This document shows positions 12,832-26,198 of a DNA stretch of 64,000 nucleotides, one piece after another. A program made the translations under genes and the position numbers. Position 1 is the stretch's first letter; the number at the start of each line of letters is the position of its first letter. The notes beneath the pieces were generated by a model, which saw nothing but the letters and a program-made list of their open reading frames with translations, had not been told where the DNA came from and ran no database searches. Location of the stretch: positions 9,796,001 to 9,860,000 of the forward strand of contig NC_067402.1 in NCBI RefSeq assembly GCF_016432865.1, in the 5' to 3' direction. The stretch is from Antechinus flavipes. Its lineage: Eukaryota.

Positions 12832-13454
12832 TAGGAAAGATTTGCAGTCACTTTTCCCTATTTTTTGTTGACCCCAAATATATCATTCTTTTTATACCCC
12901 CAAGAGAGGGAAGACATGTTTGAAGCTGAGAATGATAGATCTGCTTTGAGTAAGTAGAGGCACAAATATACCAGAAGGCTCAAAATCCCAGTTTGAGAGC
13001 TACAGGGAACCTTGGAAACCAAGGATTCAGAGATTTCAGGAGGTCTGTGAACTTAATTGGGGGGAAAACAAACTCAACCAAACCAAAGCAAACCAAATGG
13101 AACTTACACCTTCTTTTTACTGATGTCTAAATAAAATTGAGCATTTTCTCCAGATTTCTACAAATCTGGCTCTGAGCTGGGCTCTCTGGGCTTCATCAAG
13201 TGGCCCAAGGTGGGCTCAAGGTAAAAGTGTGAATAAATAAATACACAAACAAGCAAAGAGCAGCGTGTTAAGAGATCCTTGCACTGATACACCCTCCTCC
13301 TTCTACAGGTGAGAAAACTGAGTCTGAAGGAGCCAGATTTGGCCAGGAAAACAGTTAGGAAGAAACTGGGGCTCAATTCAAAGGCAGCTCTTTCTGATTC
13401 TGACTTAAATTTTCTGTTCTCCATCCCATGATGGACACACATAAAAGGGATGCA

Positions 13455-13494
13455 CATATTTACACACACACCTACACACACGCACTCAGTGCAT

Positions 13495-13531
<37 letters not shown>
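13455..13531. repeat. (CA)n microsatellite
   Basis: Direct inspection. Confidence 0.9.
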
Positions 13532-13532
<1 letters not shown>

Positions 13533-13554
13533 CCTTCACGTAAGCTGTTAGGAG

Positions 13555-13790
13555 GCACCATAATGTACAGATTGCTGGCCATAGAATGTAAATTCGGACT
13601 CAAATATTTACTACCGTTATGACTCTGGCCAAGTCACTTAAATTCTGTTTGTCTAGGTTTCCTCATCTATAAAATTAGTGTAATGATGGTACTTGTTTTT
13701 CATAGTTGTTGTAAGGATTAAAAGGAATAATGTTTGTACAGGGCTTAGCACAGTGCCTGGCACACAGTAGGCATTATATAAATGCTTACT
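13555..13790 (+). mobile_element. MIR SINE
   Basis: ggccaagtcacttaa...tttcctcatctataaaat...gttgtaaggattaaa...cttagcacagtgcctggcacacagtagg. Confidence 0.8.
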
Positions 13791-14734
13791 CCTCCTTTCC
13801 ATCTCCAAAATGAGGTGATACAACTAGTGGGTTCTCCTCCCTCACTGTCTTGTCAAGCAGAGTCTGGATGACCACTTGTGGGATGAGTTATGGTATGGAT
13901 TTCTTTTAGACATTGGCCAGGCTGCGGCGCTCAGGACCTCATCAAAATCAGAGATTCCAAGCCCTTTTCCAGCTTAGAAATTCTTTGATTTTGTGCTTAA
14001 GTTCTGCTTCAGAGGTTCTGTGTGGAAGGCCATTGTCCATGAAAACTCCTTCTACCACAAACAGACCAGCGCTCCTACGGCCTCCATGCAGACTGGCAAA
14101 GAAGGGAAGCCCGCCATGTTTGAGACTGCCCCGGCCACTGTGGCGCAGCACAGATTTATGGGAGTTTGTCCAGAAATCGACCCTGAATTCATCCAATTTC
14201 TGTTTCTTGCTCATGTCTGCCTGCCAGGGTCAAGTGAAACAATTGGATTCTCTCAAAGTATGAACCCAAGGCCTCTCCACATCCCGAAGGCCCTCTTTGG
14301 ATGCTTCACTTTAGCCAGGTCTTTCCTCAAACAGGCCCCAGAAGTGAACTGGCTGTTCCAGATGTGATGAGATCAGGGCAGTGAAATGCAGTGCCCCCAG
14401 GTCTCTCAAGGGAATCTAGGAATATGCTAGCTTGATAGGGGGCTAAGTCACTCTGCTGGGCTACCCCTGATTGCCTCCTCCCCCAGTCCTGTACCTGAGC
14501 CCTTGAGCTTTAGAACATATGACAAGGTCTGACATTTAGTCCTTTCATTCCATTGTGTCATATCTGGCCCAAGCTGCATATCCTTCTGGATCCCAACTGG
14601 TGTCCATGACTGAGCTTTCCAGCTGTACAGCATCTGAAAATTCTCCAGAGAACAGCCTGTAGTAGCATTGAGTAAGAATGGAACTGGGCTTGTTTGGAAC
14701 TGTGATCTTTTTCTTCCTTTCTCATCTTCAAATA

Positions 14735-15222
14735 CTCCTACTACTACTGCTACTACTGCTATTGGAGCTACTACTACTATATAATCACTACTACTACTAC
14801 AAATATCACCACTATTACTATTACTGCTACCACTGCTACTACTACTACTACGACTACTACAACTACTACTGCTACTATACTACTGCTACTACTACCATCA
14901 CTACTATTACCACTACTACTATAATACTACCACCATCACTACTACTACTATTATACTACCACCACACCACCACCACCACCACCACCACTACTACTACTAC
15001 TACCACTGCTACCACTGCTATTGGAGCTACTACTACTATATAACCACCACGACTACTACAAATACTACCACTATTACTACTGCTACTACTATACTACTAC
15101 TACTACCATCACTACTATTACTACTACTATTACTATAATACAACCACCATCACTACTACTACTACTACTATTATACTACCACCACACCACCACCACCACT
15201 ACTACTACTACTCTTACTACTC
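14735..15222. repeat. Compound (CTA)n/(CAC)n trinucleotide tract built as two ~259-bp tandem units
   Basis: Marker gctattggagctactactactatataa occurs at 14758 and 15017. Confidence 0.95.
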
Positions 15223-16809
15223 CTGCTCTTACTCCTTGCCTTTGGTTTTGCCTATGAATTGATGGACTAGCTTCAGGCTCAGCAGCTGTTGAAGTCCATC
15301 TCTGTCTTTGTTGCCTAGCATCAAGGTGGTATTAAATAGAAATGATAAATAATCTGACATTTCTAAAACATTCTGTGTGTTCTCTCATCTGGGCTCCACA
15401 AAAAAAAAAATGAGACTCACAGAAAGGAAATGATTTGCTTGGGGTTCTGTAACTAATGTGTCTATGGCAGGATTTAAACCCAAGATTCCAAACCCAGTAT
15501 CCTAAGAGAGAGACCATGATTATTTTGGAGAATAAGATTGTGACAGTCTCAAAACCAAAGCGAGGGATCCGATCTCCTCATTGAAACCCGTATTCATGGA
15601 GGAATGAGGAATGACTTTCGGCAGCTCTAGACCTTAACTGGCTTCAACCTTTGATTTATGGAGGAAATGTGCCATAATTTGCTCATAGCTCATCTGTTCC
15701 CACAACCAACTCCAGCCATTCGGATATTCATGTCAATGAAAATAAAGCTTGGCTTCATTAAATAATTAGACAAATTGAAGACATTAATAATTATCCATCT
15801 TTATAGTTTTCTAATCTGGACACTACTTCTAGACCCCAGGGCCCCCAAAAGCATTACAAATGTGTTTTTGGGTAGAAAACGCCACAAAGGAGAGGGTAGT
15901 GCTTTTCTTCCAAGAAAAACAAAAGAAAAAGAAATCCCAACCCTGAGTTAATTAAAATCTGTCCCTTGTTTTGAATATTGCAGCCATTTAAGAAAGACCT
16001 TTCAAGCAGAGATGGGGGTAAGATGGTATTTCTTCCATGGCTGTGATTGCCACACAGAGGTCCCAAAGTCCTCCAGGGTTTTCCTCCTGGGGCCCCGACT
16101 CTGACTAAACCTGACCATCTTAACTACACCGTTGCAGGGTTTCACTCTGGGACACCATCTGGTTCAGGCAAGCTGCCATTACTGTTCTCCTAGAAGTGGA
16201 GGGGCCCTCAATTAATGCTTAACATATTTGGAGATGGAAGATAATTTCTGCCCGATAGAATATGGTTAAGGAGCTTCAGGACACAGTACATTTTCCACTT
16301 ACTAGGAAAGTGAAAATAATATATAATGTCGGTATAAAATATCTGCATCTGTCTTTATTTCTATAGCTATATGACCCACTAGAGGGCACTTGACTTGAAG
16401 TTAGGAAGTCAAATTCAAATGTGGTCTCAGGCACTTATTAGCTGGGTGATTCTGCTCAAGGAAAGACTTCTTTCAGATCAATGTCCTTATCTCTAAAGTA
16501 GGGATTATGATAAATAAATGTTCTGCCCTCTAAGGGTTGGAGGAAGGATCAGTTTACTTAATGTACATGTAGCACTTTGTAAACCTGAAAGTCTCCTACA
16601 GATTCTTCCTACTATTAACAATGTATCTAGAGATTGAGCTGCTTGAGAAAATGTTTCATCGATAGGATGGGAAGCCCTGCTCCTTCACAGAGGGCTTGGT
16701 CCCTACTGGGTGCCTAGTAATGCTTGGGGATGTGCCCATACAGACATAGGGTTATATACATTTATAAAATTATCGACAAATAAGACCTAATGTCCCAGTC
16801 AGCAGAGTG

Positions 16810-16816
16810 GTCACAC

Positions 16817-16867
<51 letters not shown>

Positions 16868-17861
16868 TAGAGAAAGAGAGGAATCTATCTATATGTGTAT
16901 ATATAATAGAGATAATCTATATCCTACATATATACACATATAAATATGTATATATAGAGAGACATCTATATCTATATAACTATAGATAGCTTTTTAGCTA
17001 TAGCTACAGTTATATACATGTACATAGATATAGATAGATTTATGTATGTTCTCTCTCTCTCTTATTCTCTGTGTCTATATGTGGGTGTATTCTCTCCNNN
17101 NNNNNNNNNNNNNNNNNNNNNNNNNNNNNNNNNNNNNNNNNNNNNNNNNNNNNNNNNNNNNNNNNNNNNNNNNNNNNNNNNNNNNNNNNNNNNNNNNNNN
17201 NNNNNNNNNNNNNNNNNNNNNNNNNNNNNNNNNNNNNNNNNNNNNNNNNNNNNNNATATCTATATAACTATAGATAGCTTTTTAGCTACAGCTACAGCTA
17301 TATACATGTACTAGATATAGATAGATTTATGTATGTTCTCTCTCTCTCTTATTCTCTGTGTCTATATGTGGGTGTATTCTCTCCCTCTCTCCACATATAC
17401 AGAGAGAGACAAGAGAGAGAGAGAGAGAGAGGTAATCTATAACTATATATACATATATACACATATAAACATGTTTATATAGAGAGACATCTATATCTAT
17501 ATAACTATAGATAGCTTTTTAGCTACAGCTACAGCTATATACATGTACATAGATATAGATAGATTTATGTATGTTCTCTCTCTCTCTTATTCTCTGTGTC
17601 TATATGTGGGTGTATTCTCTCCCTCTCTCCACATATATACAGAGAGAGACAGAAAGAGAGAGAGGGGTAATCTATAACTATATATACATGTATGCACATA
17701 TAAATATGTATATATAGAGAGACATCCATATCTATAGAACTATAGATAGCTATAAAGTTACAGCTACAACTATATACATGTACATAGATATAGATAGATT
17801 TATGTGTATGTTCTCTCTCTTTGTTCTGTGTCTATATGTGGGTGTATTCTCTCCCTCTCTC

Positions 17862-17906
<45 letters not shown>

Positions 17907-18060
17907 GTATACACACACATAGACACAGAGAGAAATGCATTCACATCACATAATAAGATAATATAGAATTCCTGTTATGTCTATCATATAATAAAATATA
18001 TAATTATATATTACATATTATATATAATTTATTTATGTGTGTATAGATACACATGCAAAT
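16810..18060. repeat. (CA)n plus ~235-bp tandem array (about 4 copies, with a gap inside)
   Basis: gagacatc(t/c)atatctata(t/g)aactatagatagc at 16959, 17484 and 17719; a partial copy starts at 17256 right after the gap. Confidence 0.92.
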
Positions 18061-18319
18061 ATGCACATATATGTCAGTCTCTGCCTGCATTTGTCTCTAT
18101 CTATGGATATATAATGCAGCCCTCTCTGGCTCGCTACATCTATCAGTAGAGGTCAGTCTGGTTAGACACATATGTACACATACAGAAGTATAAGCAAACG
18201 CGTACGTGGGTTGCTGTCTTTGACCGCACACATACACACAAGCCGGCTGGGCGGAGCAGTGGGCAGAGTTCTAGGCCTCGAGTCTTCCTGACGCATCTTT
18301 CTGAGTTCAAATATGCCAC

Positions 18320-18462
18320 GTAACCATGTTTGTCTCAGTTTCCTCATCCATATAAAGAATCGGAAAAGAAAAATGGCAAACTGCTCCAGTATTTTTGCCA
18401 AGAAAATCCCAAACGGGCTCGCGACTCATCAGACGTGACTGAATATCAACCAAACACAAGGC
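18320..18462 (+). mobile_element. Mar1-like SINE 3' part
   Basis: ctcagtttcctcatc...aaatggcaaactgctccagtatttttgccaagaaaatccc. Confidence 0.75.
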
Positions 18463-18924
18463 AGAGCTATGTGGCCGACCCTCCCGTACGTATATGTGAA
18501 TGGTGGGTGGCCGCAGCTCTGCAAATGGATGTCGATATAGACGTGTCAAAGCAGGTCCCTGGGAGAGTGGGATGCTCCTCCTCCTGCCCGCCCCCCGCCC
18601 TTCTTTGATTCAGACCTCTTACACAAGCCAGGGGAGGGAAGTGGGCACAATCCAGCTGTTCCTTCTTGACCTCATGGTCTCTCTCTTCTCTGTTTTTCTC
18701 ATGCCCATTTTTGCAGACACGCCAAGTTCCTTTGTATCCTGGATGTGGTGGCTCTTATTTGTTCACGAACAGTGAGTTATTCACCCAGAGGCAAAGGGGG
18801 GACTTGTTTTTCTTCTTCTTTGAGCATTTTTTGGAAACATATTGAGAAAACAAAAGAAAACTGGGCATAATGTTAGTGTGAAACTTAGAAATCGTTGAAT
18901 TCATTCAAACTGGATAGTTAAATA

Positions 18925-19177
18925 GTTGAGGAAGGAAAGAGGAAGGAAGGGGGAACAAGAAAGAGAGGCAAAAAGAAAAAAGAGAAAAGAAGGAGAAAAT
19001 AAAAAAAAGCAAGGAAAGCAGAAAAGAAAAAAAGNNNNNNNNNNNNNNNNNNNNNNNNNNNNNNNNNNNNNNNNNNNNNNNNNNNNNNNNNNNNNNNNNN
19101 NNNNNNNNNNNNNNNNNNNNNNNNNNNNNNNNNNNNNNNNNNNNNNNNNNNNNNNNNNNNNNNNNNNNNNNNNNNNN
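18925..19177. repeat. Polypurine (GAAA-type) tract running into assembly gap 19035-19177
   Basis: Direct inspection. Confidence 0.85.
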
Positions 19178-20464
19178 GCAGGGAGGCCAGCCAAAGAGGT
19201 ATCTCATGAGAGTCTTCCAGGAGGAAAGAGACCTTCTTCCCAAAGATGAAAAGTTGACTTTCATCAGCCAGGTCCATCCTGTATTATGACATGTCAAGAT
19301 TTACAGTTTCTGGGACTTTGGGGAGTATTTTTCTTTTAAACTTCACATGGTTTAATTTGCCAGTGGGCCCAAATGAAAAACACTGGAGGACAACATTCAT
19401 GTTACTCTGAGTGAACACAGGGACAAGCTAATTAGGACTAAAGAGGTGAGATACAGAGGGACAGAGCATCTGGGTAACTTCACGGTGGGAAATCCCGGCA
19501 TGGAAGGTGGCAGTTGGGAAATCTGCATAATAACAAACCTGTCACGAATCAAGGACAATTCCATGGAACAATTAGAATGAACATTTCACTTTGACGTTTC
19601 TGCAGACTCCATCCACGTTTGTTCCTGGCAATTAAAACCCTAGTTTTATCCCCAGATTAGTGAGTTGCTGATGTCCCGGCAAATACGCACCTCCTTCCGA
19701 AGGAAAGCCAGGGAAAGATTCTAACGGTTACGAGCTCCCCCTTCTAGGAGAGCTTGGAAATCCATTTCACTTGGAAGACAATGAAATGGTGCACACACTC
19801 AGGAAAATAAGAAGTCGGAGCGGAGGGAAGATCCCGGCTGCTTCCACGACCTTCCCCGCTTTGGGAGCTGCTCGCCTCTCTCTCCCCAACTCTTCCGAGC
19901 TCCAATAAAAGGAAACCGCATTCCTCTCCATGTAATCTATCTTTTTCTTCCCCCGGGGAGAGAGGGGGAGAAACATAATAACTGTGGTGATTATTTCTAA
20001 AGTTCATCCTATAAACAAGGGATGGGATTTGAAAGCAATCCGTAACCGGCCGTTAGCAGAGAGAAGAGACTTGGGAGACAGCCTGGGATTTTGCAGCTGT
20101 AATTGTCCTAATACCGCATTAATTTCCTTTGGGCATTTTTTTTCTTGGTCACTTCGAGATCAATGAATGTATTTTTTGCTCTCATTAAATTGGAAACAGG
20201 CCAGTGGGGGTAGGGGCTCCTTTTGGGCTTATGGCTTTGCTAATTAATAGCTGGTGACCTTTCAGGAGGTATTTTGGGCCAGGTCTCGGGCTCCATTTGT
20301 AAAACTGGCTGTGTTGGGTCTTTGAAATGCCTTCCCACCTTCTTTTTCCAGGAGACATGTATGACCTCTTTTAATTAATTTTCTTGCTTATTATTGCCAA
20401 GTTTAAAGTTTAAACTGAAGCTACAAGTGTAGGGAATATCAAATGGTTGAAAATAGTTCCAAAA

Positions 20465-21335
20465 ATGAAAGAGGGAGGCAGGAAGGGAGAGAGAAAGGGA
20501 GGAAGGAAAGAGAGAGGGAGGAAGGAGAGAGGAAGAAAGGGAGAGAGGGAGAGAAGGAGAAAAGAGAGGGGGAGAGGGAGGAGGGAACAAGAGAGAGTTT
20601 TTTTTAATTTTGCAAAATACATGCAAAAATAGTTCACAACATTCTCCTTTGCAAAACCTTGCATTCCATATTTTTCTCCCTCCCCCTTCTTTCCCCCCTC
20701 AAGACAGCAAGCAATATGATATAGGTTTAATATGTGCAATTCTTCTAAACATATTAAGAGAGAGACAAGAGTCAGAGAGACAGAGACAGACACAGACACA
20801 GATAGTCAGACAGAGAGACAGAAAAAGACAGTCACAGATGGACAGACAGAGAAAGAGAGAGACAAAGACAAGGACTAAAAGACAGAGACACATTGAAAGG
20901 GACAGAGATAGATAAAGACAGAAAAAGGAGGACAAAGAAAGGAGACAGAAAGAGAAAAAAAGTGAGAAACACGAATATGAGAGAGACAGTTTCTTAAAAA
21001 CAAAAGAAAGTTAAAATGCAAAGAAATTTGTCAATTAAAACAACCCCCTACTATGAGACAAAACACTGACTTAGAAGGATTTGCGTTCCATTCCTGGCTC
21101 TGGTACAAATTCATCATGTGACCTTGGGCAAGCCATTTTTCTTTGGGTCTGATTCTTCATATGTAAATTCAATGTGTTGAATTTAATGAGAGAGAAAGAG
21201 AAAGAGAGAGAAAGGAAGAGAGAAAGAAAGAAAGGGAGAGAGGGAAGGAGAAAGGGAAGGAGGGCAGGGAGAGGGGGAGGAAGGAAAGAAGGGAGAGACA
21301 GAAAGAGACACAGAGAGACACACAGAGAGAGGGAC
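20465..21335. repeat. Three polypurine (GA/GGAA/GACA) tracts at ~20465-20597, 20757-20990 and 21187-21333
   Basis: Direct inspection. Confidence 0.85.
20600..20756 (-). mobile_element. Short LINE-1 3'UTR fragment
   Basis: tttgcaaaaccttgcattccatattt...cagcaagcaat resembles 48290-48360 and the reverse of 26270-26300. Confidence 0.6.
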
Positions 21336-24300
21336 CTTTCAACCTTTCTATGGGTTGTATCTTCCCCTCTCCATTAGTATAAAGTTCTTTGAAGTTAGGA
21401 ATGGTTTCATTTAAAAAAAAATATTCAGAGCTTGCACTGATTGGTTAAGTCCTAGACATCCTAGAGTCATATCTACAGAATGATGGTGCATCAGAGAACT
21501 TTCTGGAAAAGGAATTCGCAGCCTCTTCAAATCAAAATAAGCCCCATTCAATCTGCACTATCTGGTATTTCAACAGCTTAACAACGCTTCTGCCAATGAC
21601 TTGAATTGACTTGGAAAAGGACATGACCAGTCTTAGAATTCACACTTGTCCTAATGAGAAATCCAGGTGGAAAAAAAATGTGCCCGTGCAGGTGGAAGTG
21701 GGCAAAAGTGGGTTAACAGCATTTCCTCGGGAGCTTTAACCAGAAGTCACAGAGGTAGCTTATGGGAAGTGTTGGGAGCCTGCCCGACAGCCTGCAGAGC
21801 TCCATTGCAACACACTCCAAGACTAATGGGCGCCAGCTAGGAGCTTCTTGGAAACTGGGAGCCCTTCCCAATTCCACCATCACCCCAACTTAGTGTTTAA
21901 ATCGGTGACGTCCATTCCACCATCTAGATGTAGCACGATAAGAATGATATGATTCATGGGATCACAGGGTTCTGACAAACTTTGGTGACTCATCGAGTCC
22001 CAGCGATGGCAACTGGCTTCATGGGAGAACACCCTTTTCTCCTTGGGAGATGCGGCCGTTATTCCTCACAAGGAGCTGAAATCAGCATCTCTGCAGTTCT
22101 GCCCAGATGGTCTCGGAAGAAGTGACCTCCCTCTTCAACATGATTGCCACGCAAATATTGGGAGGAAGCCATCATGGCTCCCGGTCACCCCCAAAGTCCC
22201 CCATCTTAATTTCTCCCAACTGAACTTCCTTCTTTGTAATTCCTCCTTGTACACTCAGCAGCCTTCACTGACTAAATTCCCCTTCTTCCATCCTTCTCCA
22301 GATGATCACCATTCTTTACAAATGTCCCGAAGATTTGGGCCCAGCACTCCAGACACTGGCTCTGTTTATTTCTTGCCTTACATCAGGGCTCTCCTTTCTA
22401 TAATCCACCCTCCACAAATTTACCAAAGCGACTTCCATGTCCACCCATGGTATTCCTTTACTTAATAAGCCGCCGTGGCTTCCTCTTGCCTTTGGGGTCC
22501 ATTTGACATGCAAAGCCTCTCACAGCCCAGGCCCAATGATTTTCTCCCATTAGCGATTTCCTCTTCGGACTTCCATTTTGAAGAGGGACCCGAGCCCACA
22601 AGCCTTCATCCCCCTCGGTGCTTTACTTCTTTCTGGAATTCAGTACCGTAATTCCCCTTCCATATACGGATCTTCAGCTGTTGAGTGACCCCTGTAACAG
22701 TCTGATGGAGAGTCATGGGAACTGGGACTAGGTGATGGTTGTAGGAATAGAAAGAAGGTAATGTATACAAAGATGATGTAGAAGGAGGATTCATGGTGCT
22801 GAGCAGGAAGATGGCAGAGTAGGGAAAGCAAAAAGCCAATAGATTAATTCACACAACACTCATTGTCATCGTCATGTGCTGGGTACAAGGGCACAGTGAG
22901 AAAGGGGAAGCATTTGCTGCCTTCAAGGTACTTATATTCAATTAGAATGATTTCTAAGGTCTCAAGAAATCTTAATAAAATGTCTGATTTTATCTACGAG
23001 GAAGCTGAGCCATATAGAATAGAAATGATCTGTCCAGGTTCACGTCAGTAAGTGTGAAAAACCAAGTAAAACCAAAATTTAGAATTGGATTGTCTGTTTC
23101 CAGGTCAAAGCTGAAGCCAGATATCTCACCCATGGCTGGCTCCAGCCTCTGGAATGCCCTTTTCTAGATACTTCAGTGTTTAGTATAAAGAACCCAGAAA
23201 ATAGAATGAAATCTATTTCACTCCAACAAGTGGCTTTCTAAGACTTAAGTCTTTATTATGATAGGATGATTGATTGAGACTTTGTTGACACTTACTAACA
23301 GTATTAAGTTTAGATAAGATTAACTAGTTTCAACTCCTCTGTTTCCAAAGAAAGACCAAAAAATAGTCCTTGACTTTAAGGAAATACATTCCATGTGCCA
23401 GACCTGAAGACATGAAGTACCCATATTACTTTCCCATTATACAGATAAGGATACTGAGATTCTGACAAGCTAAAATCCCTTGGCCCTGCTGACATTATTC
23501 TTAAGTTTCAGAGAGACAATTGGGCCCAGGTTCCTTTTGATGCTAGGCCCATTGCTTTTTGAACCATATTAACTTTTCTCTCATTTCAGAATTCAGCACA
23601 AATAGGATGGGTACATATAAGGCAATGCGTATATGGAAGAATGGGCTGCTAACTCCTGCTTACTGAGTTCATCTGAAGCAAACAGATCCGAGTACAGCAG
23701 AAAGTCAGACAAATTTTAAGTTTTTGCAGTTAAGATTTTAGCCATTTATGATGAAAAGAAAAAAAAAAGAATCTGGATAAAATAGAAATACTCAGCCCGT
23801 GCACGGATAAAATACTTAAACTTATCTCAGTGTAGCTTGTAAAGATGAAGGTGCCATTTTCAAGGCATGAATGTCCTATTTAAACTACAAAGGCTTCCCT
23901 GGGAGTATCGGAGCGGTAATGACAAAGCCCACATTCATCACCCCCGAGTCAGAATCCAAAGGGTCCCTTTCCTTCCAAAGAAGGTGGAAGAGAATAATTA
24001 AGGCTGACAAGTTTTATTGCTCCCAGATTGCCAAATTGAGAGATTCCTTCTTGAGTCAGTCTTATGTAACTAACATCATCTATTCAGGACCGAGGGCCAT
24101 GATTTCACACTCTTGAAGCTTAAAAACATAGACCTTGATCTGCTAGGAAGTTGAGCAATGAATCGGGAGGAGATTTCCAGGTGGAAGTCAAAGGAGATTT
24201 GGGGCACCGACCAGCCTCAGGGTGACTGAGCATGGGTAAAGTCAAAAAATCAATGTCTGGCTCGGTTCTTGGAAAAAAAAAAAAAAGGATTATGGAGACA

Positions 24301-24689
24301 GGAGAGCCCAGGCTAAACCCTGGCTCTCACTCACTACCAGTGTAACCTTTGCAAATCACCTCATTTCTTTTACTGTAAAATGAGCAATTCCATTTTTTCC
24401 ACCTATCTTTTTAATGATCCGATTATGCAAAGTTGTCCAGTTCCAGAGCTCAGATTTCACATTTCCCAGTGCCTGGTGGATTTCTCAATCAGCAAACGTT
24501 AATTAAGCATCTTCTAAATGCCAGACACTGGGCAAAATAATCACTCATCGCCTGCAGAACTCAATGAGTCCAAAGGTAAAATCATTGTCTTCCCTGCTAC
24601 CCCCTGCTTCTCTTTCTAATATCATTCTTATTGATGGCCCTTCCATCTTCCTCACGTAGAAACTCCATTTCTGTCAGCCAAACACACCA

Positions 24690-24915
24690 CACCATTGTGG
24701 TTGTTTAGTCATTTCAATCATATCTGACTCTTCATGACCTCTTTTGGGGTTTTCTTGGCAAAAATACTGGAGTGGTTTGCCATTTCCTTCTCCAGCTCAT
24801 TTTACAGATAAGGAAACTGAGGTAAACAGAATTAAGCTAGTAAATGTCTGAGGCTGTATTTGAACTCAGTTCCTACTGACTCCAGGCTTGGTGCGATCCT
24901 CTGCATTGTTTAGCT
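24690..24915 (-). mobile_element. Mar1-like SINE inserted in the L2 relic
   Basis: ggggttttcttggcaaaaatactggagtggtttgccatttccttctccagctcattttacagataaggaaactgagg. Confidence 0.8.
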
Positions 24916-25207
24916 CACCAGGCCACAGCACACCAAACCACCACATTTTTAACACTGACCTTCCTTCTTCTTTCAGCTCTTCATGTTGACCAATTGCCAC
25001 ATCCCCTTGACACAACCTCTGTCATCTATTCCCTCTTCTCCCTTTGCTGAATCACCATTTTATCTTCTTAATTATTGCAACAACAGACATTATTTGTTTT
25101 TCCAGCTTATAGTATTTCCCCCTTTCAAGTATTTGATTCTTTATCATCCTCTAGATGGGATTTTGCCATTCTTCTGCTCCCAAACCTTCAATGGCTCCCA
25201 GTTTCTT

Positions 25208-26198
25208 TTTTTTTTTTTAATTTTTATTTAATAATTACTTTATATTGACACTCGTTTCTATTCTGATTTTTTTTCCCTCCCTCCCTCCACCCCCTCCCCT
25301 AGATGGCAAGCAGTCCTTTATATGTTGGATATGTTGCAGTATATCCTAGATACAATATTTGTTTGCAGAACCGAACAGTTCTCTTATTGCATAGGGAGAA
25401 TTGGATTCAGAAGGTATAAATAACCCGGGAAGAAAAACTAAAATGCAGATAGTTCACATTCATTTCCCAGTGTTCTTTCTTTGGGTGTAGCTGCTTTTGT
25501 CCGTCATTTATCCATTGAAACTCAGTTAGGTCTCTTTGTCAAAGAAATCCACTTCCATCAAAATATGTCCTCTTACAATATCGTTGTCGAAGTGTATAAT
25601 GATCTCCTGGTTCTGCTCATTTCACTTAGCATCAGTTCATGTAAGTCTCGCCAGTCCTCTCTGTATTCATCCTGCTGGTCATTTCTTACAGAACAATAAT
25701 ATTCCATAACATTCATATACCACAATTTACCCAGCCATTCTCCAATGGATGGGCATCCATTCATTTTCCAGTTTCTAGCCACTACAAATAGGGCTGCTAC
25801 AAACATTTTGGCACATACAGGTCCCTTTCCCTTCTTTAGTATTTCTTTGGGATATAAGCCCAATAGAAACACTGCTGGATCAAAGGGTATGCACAATTTG
25901 ATAATTTTTTGGGCATAATTCCAGATTGCTCTCCAGAATGGTTGGATTCATTCACAACTCCACCAACAATGCATTAGTGTCCCAGTTTTCCCGCATCCCC
26001 TCCAACATTCATCATTATTTTTTCCTGTCATCTTAGCCAATCTGACAGGTGTGTAGTGGTATCTCAGAGTTGTCTTAATTTGCATTTCTCTGATCAATAA
26101 TGATTTGGAACACTCTTTCATATGAGTGGTAATAGTTTCAATTTCATCCTCTGAAAATTGTCTGTTCATATCCTTTGACCATTTATCAATTGGAGAAT
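25208..26198 (-). mobile_element. 5'-truncated LINE-1 (ORF2 C-terminus, 3'UTR and polyA) with 13-bp target-site duplication
   Basis: Minus-strand ORFs read NRQFSEDEIETITTHMKECSKSLLIREMQIKTTLRYHYTPVRLA..CWRGCGKTGTLMHCWWSC (L1 CCHC knuckle) and CIPFDPAVFLLGLYPKE... PolyT at ~25208-18. TSD ctcccagtttctt at 25195-25207 and 26199-26211. Confidence 0.95.

Noticed and set aside
14678-15257. ORFs encoding poly-Leu/Tyr/Thr
   Set aside because: These are direct translations of the (CTA)n tract, with no splice or homology support.
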